Source: Amphiscolops sp. MND2022
Lineage: Eukaryota
Reading direction: 5' to 3'
Assembly (NCBI GenBank): GCA_964187785.1
Contig: OZ076409.1
Span: forward strand, 88,786,001 to 88,850,000
Length of the DNA stretch: 64,000 bases
Shown here: positions 49,611 to 61,443 of the stretch, in pieces
Layout: each line of letters starts with the position of its first letter
Position numbering within the stretch: position 1 is the stretch's first letter
The notes under the pieces: generated by a model
The model's database searches: none
What the model was told of the DNA's origin: nothing
What the model saw: the letters and a program-made list of their open reading frames with translations, nothing else
Position numbers and translations under genes: made by a program

Positions 49611-51171
49611 TGTCACAGTCCGCGCCTGGACTGGATTGAATTAAAAGCAAACTAAAACTAATATAGGCCACCGCTTCGCCAATACGATTGAATTTGCGTC
49701 GCGACTACGCTACGTCACAGCTATGGCAGCTAGCTAGAATTTCATTCCAAAATGTGACGTCAGCATGTCGTCTAACTTGGCAGCTAGTCAGAAATTCATT
49801 CCAAAATGTGACGTCAGCATCTCGTCTAACTTGGCAACCAGCTAGAAAGTATTCCAAATCAGACGACGATATGACGTCACAGCTATGGCAGCTAGCTAAT
49901 TTTCATTCCAAATTTACGTCCACTATATCGGCGGACTAAGTCTAATACTAATACGTACGTCCACGTTACGTCGCAAATCCATCAAAATAGCTGTTTTAAT
50001 CCATCCAAAACACCACATTGACGTCCACGCGACGTCCACTATAATGGCGGACTAAGTGTAATACCAAATTTACGTCCACTCTACGTCCCAATTTAATAAA
50101 ATTAGTCGTTTTAGTCTGTATTAAATTTAAAAGAAGCTTTATTTTACTACGGTAAAACTAATCGAAGCTAGAATATGAATCAACGTCAACACTACGTCGC
50201 AATTTAACTAACCAAACCAAATTTTGAATCTACGTCAGTATTGCGTCGACTAAGATTCAATTCGAACGGAATATGGTATTTAAGCCAGGATTTTTCAGAT
50301 TTACTTAAAATAACAGTGTTTTAATACAATATACATTGAAAAGTCACAGTTTATATTCAATTTGTGTTAATAAAATGATGTCCAAGCTGGATTTTAAATG
50401 TACGTTTTGACTACCTAATTTCATAAGTTCATATGCTGTTTGACGATGTCACGTCGTCTTTTATTGTTGCTCAAAGGTGTTGCTCCTAACTTTAATCAGA
50501 TAAATATTTATCAATTGTTAAAATATATAATTGTTTAGCCTCATGTAAATCAGTCACTCTCTTAGCATCACCAAATTGCCTAAATCAAGATAATTAGTCA
50601 TAATTTTCTTTAAGTGGAAATTCAAAATCAGGTATTAGTTGTTCACGTCAGCGTCATCTCCGCGTCGGTTTCTTACGAACCAAAGCTGAAAAACGGGGAA
50701 GTATTTCCGGTTTGACAGACTGAAGTAGTATCTACTTCCTGCTTGGAAGGAAACAAAAGGACGCCGGAATGAAATGATATGATCATGATTGATGTCTAAT
50801 ACTAGATTAGAATTGCCGTGTCTTAAAAATTGACGAAATGCTGACGAAGATCAAAGTTTTGCCGCAAAATTACAGGAAGTGACTAATATCTCGATGGAAA
50901 TTAAAGTACGCGAGTATGAAAAGATGATGCTAGGAGGGTATATATAGCTTGTACCTGTAAACTTATTCATTCAATTTCTGATTCAATCTGCTGTCTTGTA
51001 TCAAATTCTACTTTGTTTTGTTAAAACAATTACTCTGCAAACTTCAATTCAAAATTGATAAATCCGAAAATCTTTTCATCAAGAGAAGCTAGAAAAGAAG
51101 AATGTCCTTCAAAGAAGCAACAAAAATGATCAAAAATGTACAGAACAACGACCCTAACAGGAGTCGTTACA
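49611..51171 (+). repeat. 3' LTR of non-autonomous element
   Basis: Direct repeat of 46422-47982. Confidence 0.93.
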
Positions 51172-52939
51172 CCATGGGGTAACAAAAGTGAATTAAGTTT
51201 TCATTCATTCATACACGCGGTAACAGATAGGCCTCTGGGCTTCCAGTGAATGATCTTTGAAACAAACACGTTTTTATCACTTTGCGACTTCTACTCAAAC
51301 TATGTTTTGAAACGAGTTGTAGCATTAAAAATTGTTAGGGATAATCTCACACCAATTTCAACCCGTAATTTTTTCAAATCGAATTAATTTCGCTTTCAGA
51401 TCAATGAGAAGGTAAATAGAATGAAATTTCAACCTGTTTAAGGTATTTGTGAACCATATAAAGTCGAGCTCTTTTCAGGTAATTTGAGCCCTAAAATTAT
51501 TCGCTAAATGTTTGACAGATAACGGAGTTTTAGTTACTAGCTATAGCATCTTTTCTGATATGTTAAAACAGATTCACTGAGGACACAAAGTGTCACTGAA
51601 TGATTGGCCAGCGAAACATTTGAGACATTTGCGCAAACTTTGCTTAGAAAGGTGCTCGAACACATTCTATTACGCAATTAGCCACTAAGATTTTTGCAAC
51701 AATGACCATTGCAACTGTAGGCAAAACTGTGCTAAGTTAATTGTTATTAGGTGCAGAGTATCTTAAGCGATAAGACTTGTTAGTGATCCATGAAACCATC
51801 AAGTTTGCAGGAATTCTCGTTATTTATCCGTATTCCAAGTTCTGAACTCTGAGCATACTAGATAAGAAACCAACAGCAAATTTCTTGTCTCTTTTACACC
51901 ATTAACAGCTAGCTAAAAATAGTTATAAACTACCTATTAGTAAATAGTCAGCATAGGACGCCGTCTGCCATATAGAATTAGTGTCTTGAGAAAAATTATG
52001 GACTGCAAAATAAACAGTTTTTTTTCAATTTCAGATCAACCACGAAACAAAAAGTGCGAAGGGTCTCCCTTTGCTTTTTTCCACACCGTGCGACTTTTTT
52101 TTGGAAAATTGTTTTTCCTCAAAGGATTCCCCATTGGTTTTTTGAAGTTTTGAGAAAAACTCTTTTGAGCCCACAGGGTCAGCCTTTAGAAAATTTGAAG
52201 ACCTTTGGAGGCGTAGCTATTAGGCTAATTATTCAACTTTAACGCATCATATACTGATAAACTGAAATTTCGAACTGTTTTGTTTTCAAACTTTTTGATT
52301 TTTTTTTAAAAATTGATTTTCCAATTTCATCTGTTCTTAACCCAAAATGAACGATTGTGTCGAATTCGTACCCACTAGTTTCTGCAACCTTCTGAAGGCA
52401 CTAGCTAGAAATTGAAACTATTGAACAAAATTTTTTAACAGTATTACATGTCATTGCACGCATTTTCACGAATTATTGACTTGATGTTTCTGAAATCAAG
52501 AAATCGGGACCAAAAAAAAAATCAAAAAAAGCTGAGAGCAGATTTTCGGGTTTTCCAGTTTCTGTTTACCTTATCCCACTGTTTGGGTCAAAGTGGCCCA
52601 AGCATGTTTTGAAACATGCTGAAATGCAATCAGAGACACGAGGCGTGCCAAGGGGTTGGCGCAAAATCCGGAGCCAATGTGTCAAAGTCCTCAGCTCAGC
52701 AGTTCAAAAATCAAATTGAAAGCCCTAATTGTCTTCTTTCGATTGCGTTATAAATAGTTTGTTGGACTTGAATAGTTTAAAAGATATTGCGATTCAAAGT
52801 TTGAGAACCAGATTATTGGATGGTTTCGGAACTTATGTGTGAACCATTCAGTGTTAAACTTTTCTACGGTGGGTTTGAACATTACGTTTTAGTTAAACAT
52901 TCTACACCCTATATGAGTGCAATTGACCAGCCACTCTTC

Positions 52940-53120
52940 TCCTTGAGCAAGTCACTTTGAAACCACAGCTTTAAGTCCACAATTTCTTGACCACTTGGCT
53001 GCAAATACGGTACCATTGCTTGCTATGGGGAGAAAGTATCCGAAAGGGCGCCGACTTAGAAAAGCAGACCTGCTTATCCGGCGTCCACCCCGCGGTAATA
53101 GGGAAATAAACTTCTCTCTC
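52940..53120 (+). mobile_element. SINE body fragment
   Basis: Similar to the reverse complement of 23830-24015. Confidence 0.55.
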
Positions 53121-53164
53121 CATACAAACAAGTGTTTGCTGCTTCTGAAAAGGAGTTTGTTTAG

Positions 53165-53400
53165 GATTCATCCTGTTCATATCAGTGATAGCAGCTACTC
53201 TTCTGTTTCTCGTGTGTGGCATCATGGTCGCAGTGTGTCTGCTGAGGAACAACAGGTCTTCCAACCAACGCACCTCTTCTGTGTTCGGCACCCTCAAGAT
53301 GGAAGAGATATCTCCCAACAGGAGACGAAAGTTGCAGGCAGGGTTTCCTCCCAATCAAAAAACGATCATTAAACGATCACGAAAACGAAAAAATAAGTGA
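53165..53400 (+). CDS. Possible terminal exon of a single-pass membrane protein
   Basis: Acceptor-like TTTGTTTAG at 53164; FILFISVIAATLLFLVCGIMVAVCLL hydrophobic stretch, then a basic tail and TGA; AATAAA ~53429. Upstream exons not found. Confidence 0.4.
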
Positions 53401-54104
53401 TCATTATAATAGAAATAGAAAAATGATAAATAAAATGAAATAATTTGGCAGTTCACCCTTTGTTTCCATTTCACGTTCAGCGCCAGCAGCTATAAGGGTT
53501 TTGAAAACTGGTTCTGAAAATAGGATTTTAGAGAGAATTGATAAAATACTGTTTTTAATATTCTGATTTTTTTTGTATTTGGAATGTATTCAAATTTTAC
53601 AGGCAGAAACATGCAATCTCAATTCAGGAAGATTTTCTTTTAAAAAAGTTTTTGGGGCTCAATTCATTTCAACGTTTCTCACTCTAGTAAGTTAAAGGTG
53701 TGGATATTAACGAATCCAGCTTTTAGCTTAGTTCAAAACTTGAATTTAAAAAAGCTCTTGACACCATTTTTTCTACCTTCACCTACTTAGTCTCCAAACG
53801 TGGCTCAAGTTTTGCATCAATTGATACAAAGTTATCTTAAAAGTTTAACCCAGTTGATAGTTTTGGGAACTTTCTGGAAGTTTGAAGAATGGAAGTTAAA
53901 AAACCAATTTTGAACAAATTAAATGAAAAAAGGTATACCAAACTTACCGAAACACTTTTGAAACACCATTTTTTTCGAGACGCAAGAGTGGAATACAGTA
54001 CTGTGATTAGGAAATCGTGATCACAGTGTCGAATCTATTTTGTGCTGAGTGTCGAAATAAATCAAATGAGGATGAATATTTGCTCTCACTTTCAGTTATG
54101 ATTG

Positions 54105-54288
54105 CCCAGTGTTCGAAGCCATGGTACCCTTGCCAAGATCCATGGCAAGTTCCTTGCTAGCCTTGCCAAGATCTTGCCATGATCTTGCCATGATCTTGGC
54201 AAGGATACCATGGCCATGCAAGATCGTGCAAAGGCTAACCATGATTAACCATGATCATGGCAAGGGTTCCATGGCTTCGGACACTGGG
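54105..54288. mobile_element. 184-bp MITE (CCC...GGG)
   Basis: TIR CCCAGTGTTCGAAGCCATGG / CCATGGCTTCGGACACTGGG; internal CTTGCCA(A/T)GAT repeats. Confidence 0.85.
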
Positions 54289-55870
54289 TGGTGCATTAGG
54301 TGGAATCTCAGGCGCAGAAACAACCTTCAGGTTTTGAGCAGATTTTCTTTAAAAATTTCGATTCATGGGAGTCTGCAGATTGCCTAAGATCCATTGGTAT
54401 AATGTAATTTGAGGAAATTTTAGGCTTCGAGCCTGCTTTCTCGCCAAAGTTTGTTCATATTTGAAATCTCAATTATAGTACCTTTCATTAGTTTTGACTC
54501 AGAAGTGTTTAAAAATTACTAATGTAAACTAAATGAAATTTTAAGTAACTTTCAGTTTTGATTTCTTCCAACTTTGATTACCGAATTCTGTAAAACTTCT
54601 ACGACTTGATCAGCATGCATATTATAGTGCAACCGTTCGCGCTCCAAATCACAAGTTATCACATCTTGTATTTCAATACTTTGTCTTGTCCTATAAACAT
54701 CGCTTTAAAGAATGATAGTGTAGCTGGTAGTGTGAACAGTAGAAAAATTATTGTAAACAAAAATGATATATGTTTGGCACGTTATTTGTTTTCTTGAAAT
54801 TCTTGATAGGATTTTCACCAAAATTCCTATCAAGGAAATCAAGAGTTTCTTTTATGAAGCAAAAATGAACAAAATCTTATCAAAGCTTTCAAAAGTAATC
54901 GGCAATTTTGAGAATATGCAAGATTTTGGCAAAAATTTCAAGATATTTTGCACTGGGTAAGTTGATATTGATAAGCAGTGGAACACACGAAGGAGAACCC
55001 TGACTAAAGGTACCCCAAATCAAAGTTTTTGACGAAGATGGCTTCTCTGTTTACACTCACTCTGTTTGATGAACCAGCAGTCAACTGAAAAAATAAATCA
55101 ATCGAACCTTGACTTGCCAGTTATGAGGTCAATGTCCTGTTGAAATATTTCTCCAAGTTTTCGCTGTGTGTGCTTATCGCCATAATTTGTGTTTATTAGA
55201 TATTCATTACCATCGTAATTTGTACAAATTCATCTTTTTTTTGTATTTTTTGTAAATTATGAATGATTATATGTGTTTAGAGAGAACGAATCTTCATTAT
55301 TTTACTACTTACCATTGAATTCGAAAACTGGTTTTAAAAGATATTGTTTTCTTGAAATAAATCATTGTTATTTTTCGTTTTCTTAAGAATGAAATAACCA
55401 TACATGGCATGAGATTTTAATTTTTAAACTAAAAAACACTGTATTATACGTTTGTTATTAAAAACAACATCATCTTGATTTTAAAACAAAGCAGTGTATT
55501 ACGCTAAAAAATTCATGTTAATCATAAGTAATGAAATTCATTGAATCAACAGTTTAAAAAAGGCAGGGGTTCGAAGAAAATTAAAACCTTTCCGAGACTT
55601 TTTGCTATATTCGGGAAGTTTTACTTCGTATCTGAATTTTTCTGGAACACAATTTTCATTTTCGCTGTTGTTGTTTGATATGAATGTCGTTCCGTTTTCA
55701 AGTTTTTCGGTAGGGTGTTCCATATTGAGACCACTTTACTGAAAAGCTATTTTCAATAAAGATACTGCCGGTTTTGATATTGAGATAGATTTGATCGGTT
55801 CGTTTATGTTAACTATTAACAGCAGTAGTTGGTCTATAGATTAGCAGTAGTTGGTCTATATAATAGAATA

Positions 55871-57391
55871 TCATTCATTACTTCCACGACTTGTTGGCAT
55901 TTTCCTTAATTTTGAGGCTGAGATTTTGTTTGAAACTGGATTTTTTACAGCTTCACGAGAGTTAGAGTGAGAGTTAGTATTCTTATTTACTGAAGTATCA
56001 TAACAGGGACTATCAGGCCTTCTGCCAAAGTTACTAGATTCGCTTTCTTCTCTCTCGAACCTTTTTCCCCCAAACATTATGTCAAGGTTTTTGATATCAG
56101 ATAACATATCTGCCTCTGTAGATTTTCTAGCTCTCTTTTGCTTCCTTGTAGTAGGCATTAAGACTGTCCGATTGTAAATAGCTGAATTATTTTTTTCGGG
56201 AAGTATTATTGAGTATGTTTGAACAACAAAACAGTTTACAAAATTGTGTTCTCTCTATGAGAGTTGCTAGTTTCGATAGTCCCATAGGGATGACTACCAC
56301 ACTCCTAAGTATCAACATATCAAAAATGTCAAGGAAAATGTCATATGACCTTCCAAATTTACATTCTTGGGATAGCACTTAGACATCAACAAACGGATAT
56401 ATCGAAGCATCGGCGAAAACAAGATATATACAATGCAATACTTCAAAAGCATTTTCAGTTGAAAGAACACATTGCTGTCAACCAGCAATTCTTTAAGTCA
56501 TCAACGAAAGGGTGAAGGTATTCAAAATATGCGTTGACACACTCAGGCACGGGCTAGCACGCGAGCCTTAAGAGGATAGGTAGGCGTTGTAATTTTCATG
56601 CATTGGACAGTTACCAGTAAGGTCTAATAGGGCCACTGAGCATAATTTTACATTTCAATTACCAGCCGGAATTCGTCCGAAGACAGGTATCAAAACATCA
56701 AAACAAGTCAACAATTAATACTGCAAACACTAATATTACCTTCTGGAACTTCATTCTGAAATCTTCACTTTCATTCTGAAACCGGCATTATACCGCAAAA
56801 GCACAAACCAAATTTTCTTTGTACTAAATAATAGCGTCTTGAGTAAAAATACTAAAAACGGCAAATTGCCTAAATACTATTACTATGCAACAAATATTTA
56901 GTCAAATGGCCGTAGCCGGCAAATAACTGAACTGCACTACAATAATGTAGATGTGTGTGATTGGTTAGGCTTGCGCCGGTAAGCGGCGATGCCGAGAAAG
57001 GACAGTTCCGCACTCAAACACGTTTTCTTTCTACAGCGCAGTAAACTTATAACAGCTTACAATTGTCAACTTTTACATTTCTTTTGCATTGAAATTGCTC
57101 ATTCAGTCAAGGTGAACAGAATATTAAAATAAAAAATGAATAGACCAGAATATTAAAGTAACTTGAAGGGTTTAGCAACGTCAACAGGCTAATCTAGATA
57201 TTCAAGTCTAACGGAGATGTATAAATTTGCAACATCAAAAATGGAGTTTCCTCGTTGATATGAAAGTTCTAGTTTTGCTTAAGCGTCGAGTAGGCCCTTG
57301 CTTTAGTAGATGGGCAGTGTTCCGTGTACTTTTTCCTGCCCAGTTGCTGATGCCGTGACCATTGTCCCGTCACAGACAGCAGCCTGCGACA
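55871..57391 (-). mobile_element. Solo/truncated LTR of a related family
   Basis: Minus strand starts TGTCGCAGGCTGCTGTCTGTGAC at 57391; gag-leader ORF MPTTRKQKRARKS..LSDIKNLDIM from 56158. U5 end and TSD not found. Confidence 0.8.
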
Positions 57392-59483
57392 AGTGTAAAA
57401 CATTAAAATATATTACAAACTGATCAAATGAAATTATGTGAGGTCATCAAAGAAGTGTGAGTAGAAGTGTCTTCGAAATTGTTGCTCAAAGTTGTTATTA
57501 TATCAGGTAAAAGTGTTTGTGAAAGCTTTTTAAAGCGTGTTTGTGAAGAAAAGCCGGAACTCTACACTGTGCGAGATTTTTTCGAAATTTAGTTCCAAAG
57601 CAACAAGAAGTACTTGATGTTTTTTGAGGCTTAAGCGGGCGCTGACTTGTGCTGTACCCGTCGTGTTAGTGGTGGAAAAAAGATAAGAATATACTTTTTC
57701 ATCGTTTTATTCAAGTTCCTTTTTCAACACATCAACAAATCAACTTGTACAAAATTTAAATAATTCTAAACATTAGCGGAATTGGATAATGAGTATCCAT
57801 TTCCATGTCTGATACTTGTGGTATGCCGAGACATCATCCTTGATTGGATAGAATTTTTTTGATTTGGATAGAAATGGTTCGTTTTGGTTATTTGATATGA
57901 TTAATTGAGGCATACTGGTTCGTTGATATTTGTCAAGGTGTTCATTATTTGATTGGCATATAATGAGTCAAAATGGTCAATATATTTAAATCTAAGCCGA
58001 CAAAAATCAAAAATTTAATTTTACACTTCCAAAAAATCAATGATTGAAGTTATTGTGCTCAAAAACAAACTGATGAAGAAACTTGACTTTATCTAACAAA
58101 ATTTCTTGTACATCAAAATGGATCCAAAATTTACCATCAAAAACATTAGAGACTCAAAATTGCTTGACGAAAATTCTTTCTATACCCATGTTGAGCTTTC
58201 CTTGAGAATCTGTACAGATCAGTGAGCCTTTTTTCCTTGAGGATCTGTAAAGATCGTGCCACTGCTACGTAAGGACAACCGCAGATCTGCAAGGTTGTTT
58301 ACAGATGTTCAAAGGTTTTCTGTACAGATTTTTCAGGACAATTTATCCGGAGCTTTTGGGAAACAGTGTATTTGCATTTTTCGGCTTCTGCAACAAGTAT
58401 TTTTGCTGACCAAGGCTCAGTCAGTTGAAACTCCCTGTCACTCAAAATTCTTGAGCAGGAAAGTTTGCCCCCATCACGGAAATTTTGGTGTCTGGGGAAT
58501 ATTTGGCATTGGTCATTGTCGCGATTTAGTTCACTTGAAACAGAGTCCACTGAACTCTGACGGGACTTTCTGCTTTCTAGTCGAAGGCATTTGAAGGAAA
58601 GGATTGACGCGGCAACAGTGAATTAACTAATTGTATTAGGAAAATATTCGGACAATAATAACGTGTGTACAATTGGTACAAAGGACAAATTTAGTTGTAT
58701 CTCAAATTAATTGCAATATATACATTGTGAGTTTTGTCGTGAAGGTGCAGAATGAACTCTCTGTCCCACCTGTTCCTCTTATATATACTTCCCATTGCAT
58801 GACAGTCATAATTGCGGCAGTCACATTACTATTAATAGCATCTAGATTAATTCAGGGTTAATGACGTCAGCATGATGTCATTGTGTAGCATCAAAGCAAA
58901 ACTAAAAAAAAGGGGGCGTTAGTCTAGCGTACTAATTTCATGTGTGATGAAATCTAATGTGGAATAATAAATTTTATACATGCGTTTTCAAAGCAACGAT
59001 ACATGCTAAGAAAATGCACTTCTAATCTAATAAATTTACCGTGACGGACCACCAGTCCGTCCGGCCACAGCAATGTACTTGAATTATATACAGGTACTAC
59101 TCATTATATAATTCCACCGTAGAGGGCTGTAAGTCTACTCGGCCTCATCACAATTGGTTTAATTCCTGCGCTGTGATTGGTCAATTAAGTTAGGACAGCG
59201 CGTACACGTAGCCAAAAGAAGCGTTCATTTGAACTCGTTTCCTCTTCGGCTACTAATTGTACTTGCTAAATTCATCAATTTACATTTGAATTACTAAAAT
59301 ACATCAATCCATTAGCAATTAAACAGGCACATAACTATTCGCTAATTTGTAAAGTATAGCTCTGTAAACTAAATTAATATTAGTGTTGTGGCCGTATTGA
59401 CCGTGAGTCTTCTATGGTGTATATAGAAAATGACACCAATAACTACAAGATTACATGCAAAACCTTGTACTATCAGTCTTTTG

Positions 59484-60402
59484 TCACCTAAATGGGTAGG
59501 ACTGCTGATGGGGGTTAGTATTTGCTCTTTCTTGAGAGATTTGGTAAAAATTAACATCGCAGGCGGGAGCTTGCGACACTCCCATAGGGATGAAAAGCAC
59601 TGTCCCCTGGTCCATTCCGGCTAGATATGCAATTCGTCTTCTTTGTCGCTCATCGTAACTTTCTCCTCGATAAGTTGTTGATTCCAAATATTCCAATACG
59701 GCAGTTTTGTTTTTTTTGGTCGTAGCTTCGACCGCATACAATGCAATCTTCATATTGTGCTTGATTGGGCCGACAAAATTTGCGACGATATTCGTACACT
59801 GATTCCTTGTATATGTGCATCAGGTCTGACCTGTCGGTGCAATTGCTCCGGCACAGTATAGCCTGAAGTACTGTTAGTCAGCCCCCGCTCGCTGGGGGAG
59901 GAGACAAAGGCGTAACAACTAAAGGCGTCAATCACGCACAATGTTTAATGGGAGGACTGTTACCTTGAGTTGACGTGCTTGGGCCCGCTACCATGTCAAG
60001 CTGGTTCAACTGATCGTCCACTTGTTGCGTTATGCTGTCGAATTCATCCTAAGGAAAGTTGGGGTAACCGTCGTTGGCACACTCTGATGTGTCCACCGTC
60101 ATTGCCCGTCCTGCTACTAAGCCTTGGGGCTGAATGGGCACATGTCGGTAGCATGCGATAACCTCTATATCACTGTCAACTGAGACACTGCCCAGCAATT
60201 CCACCGACTGAGCGTCCACGTCCATTTCTTCATCAGAAGAGTAATTGCTAGGGCTTATAGGAGAAGCAGAAAGATCGCCTAACTGAAATTGTCGACTCAT
60301 TTCCATTTCGTAGCGCATTAAGACGAGTTTCTTAGCAATTTTCAAGGGTTGATTGAACGACTGAATTTTGTAGTTAGGTTTGGTAGAATAGTCTTCTCTC
60401 AC
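59484..60402 (-). pseudogene. Decayed ORF3 homologue
   Basis: LKIAKKLV..SSDEE.. and ..YLAGMDQGTVLFIPMGVSQAPACD match ORF 42226-42996; broken by stops/frameshifts. Confidence 0.75.
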
Positions 60403-61443
60403 ACCAAAGACTTCCAGTTTCTCCTCGTTTTGCGGGAAAAATCTAGGCAGGAGAACGTTGTCAGAAGTTTACCCTTTTCCTTTCGTAAACTTTACATTTA
60501 GGTAATATCAACCTCTTCACACTTTGTTGATGAGTCTCAACCTAAATTCGTAGACTCTCAAGTACCTTTTGATTTGTTTGTTCATTGGCAAGAAGTTGTT
60601 AATCGCGTCTACAAGTGTTTATCATCACTAACTACTGGTCAATAATAACATCATCAAAGACCTTCTGTTTATGCGGCTACATCAATTGAATTGTCCAATA
60701 AGGGGACGTTGATGAAAGGAAGATGAAAACTTGATAAAATGAATGAAGTGACAATTTTATCTAAACTAATATTAGTCTATGAAATAATCCAATCTGTGAA
60801 ATGAAATAAAGACATGAATTTCACTGGCAGGCTCCATTCATGACAAGGTGGATTTTGGTCAAATAAATGAGACTAAGGGTACAGGAGATAAGTTGCACGT
60901 AATTGCAGGCAGGAAACTAATTAGTTGGCCACGACGTCCATGTGTAAGTTACATAATTAACCGGCTTGAGTTTTATACTTCGTGGACTTTGTCTCTAAGT
61001 CTAAAGAGGTCGCAAAGTATATGTATTGTTATTATATAATAATGTATGTTCTGTGTCTGTGATCCAGCATTCTTCGCTCCTTTTCATTTTCTACACTTGA
61101 GTTGAGTGTCACCCCAATTTGAAATATTTCCTTCAAAGGATTTTACTCCTTAGAACTGTTCAGCCAAGTAGACATTCTGATCAGTCACAAATTATCTCGA
61201 GCCTTCAAAAGAACAGAGACAATCCCTTGGGACCATCCCCAGTCCGACATTTTCAAACAACGTTCGGTACTACAATTCTGTTTTCTGTCATGGAAACACC
61301 ATCACGTTGGTTCTTTCATTTTGTCTAACTAAACTTGATCAGGGTTTAGGTTCGACTGATTATACTTCCTCCATCGTGAAATGTTTTCAAACTAAGTTGA
61401 ATGAGTTGAACTTTACTTCCGGAAGACTTTAAAATGCGGCAAG

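Larger units (their letters stand above)
46422..51171 (+). mobile_element. Non-autonomous LTR retroelement (LARD-like, 4750 bp)
   Basis: 1561-bp LTRs 46422-47982 and 49611-51171 (TGTC...TACA); TSD CTATG/CCATG (1 mismatch); PBS TGGTGACAGGAG at 47983. The 1.6-kb interior has no long ORF, only a short RT remnant. Confidence 0.92.
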
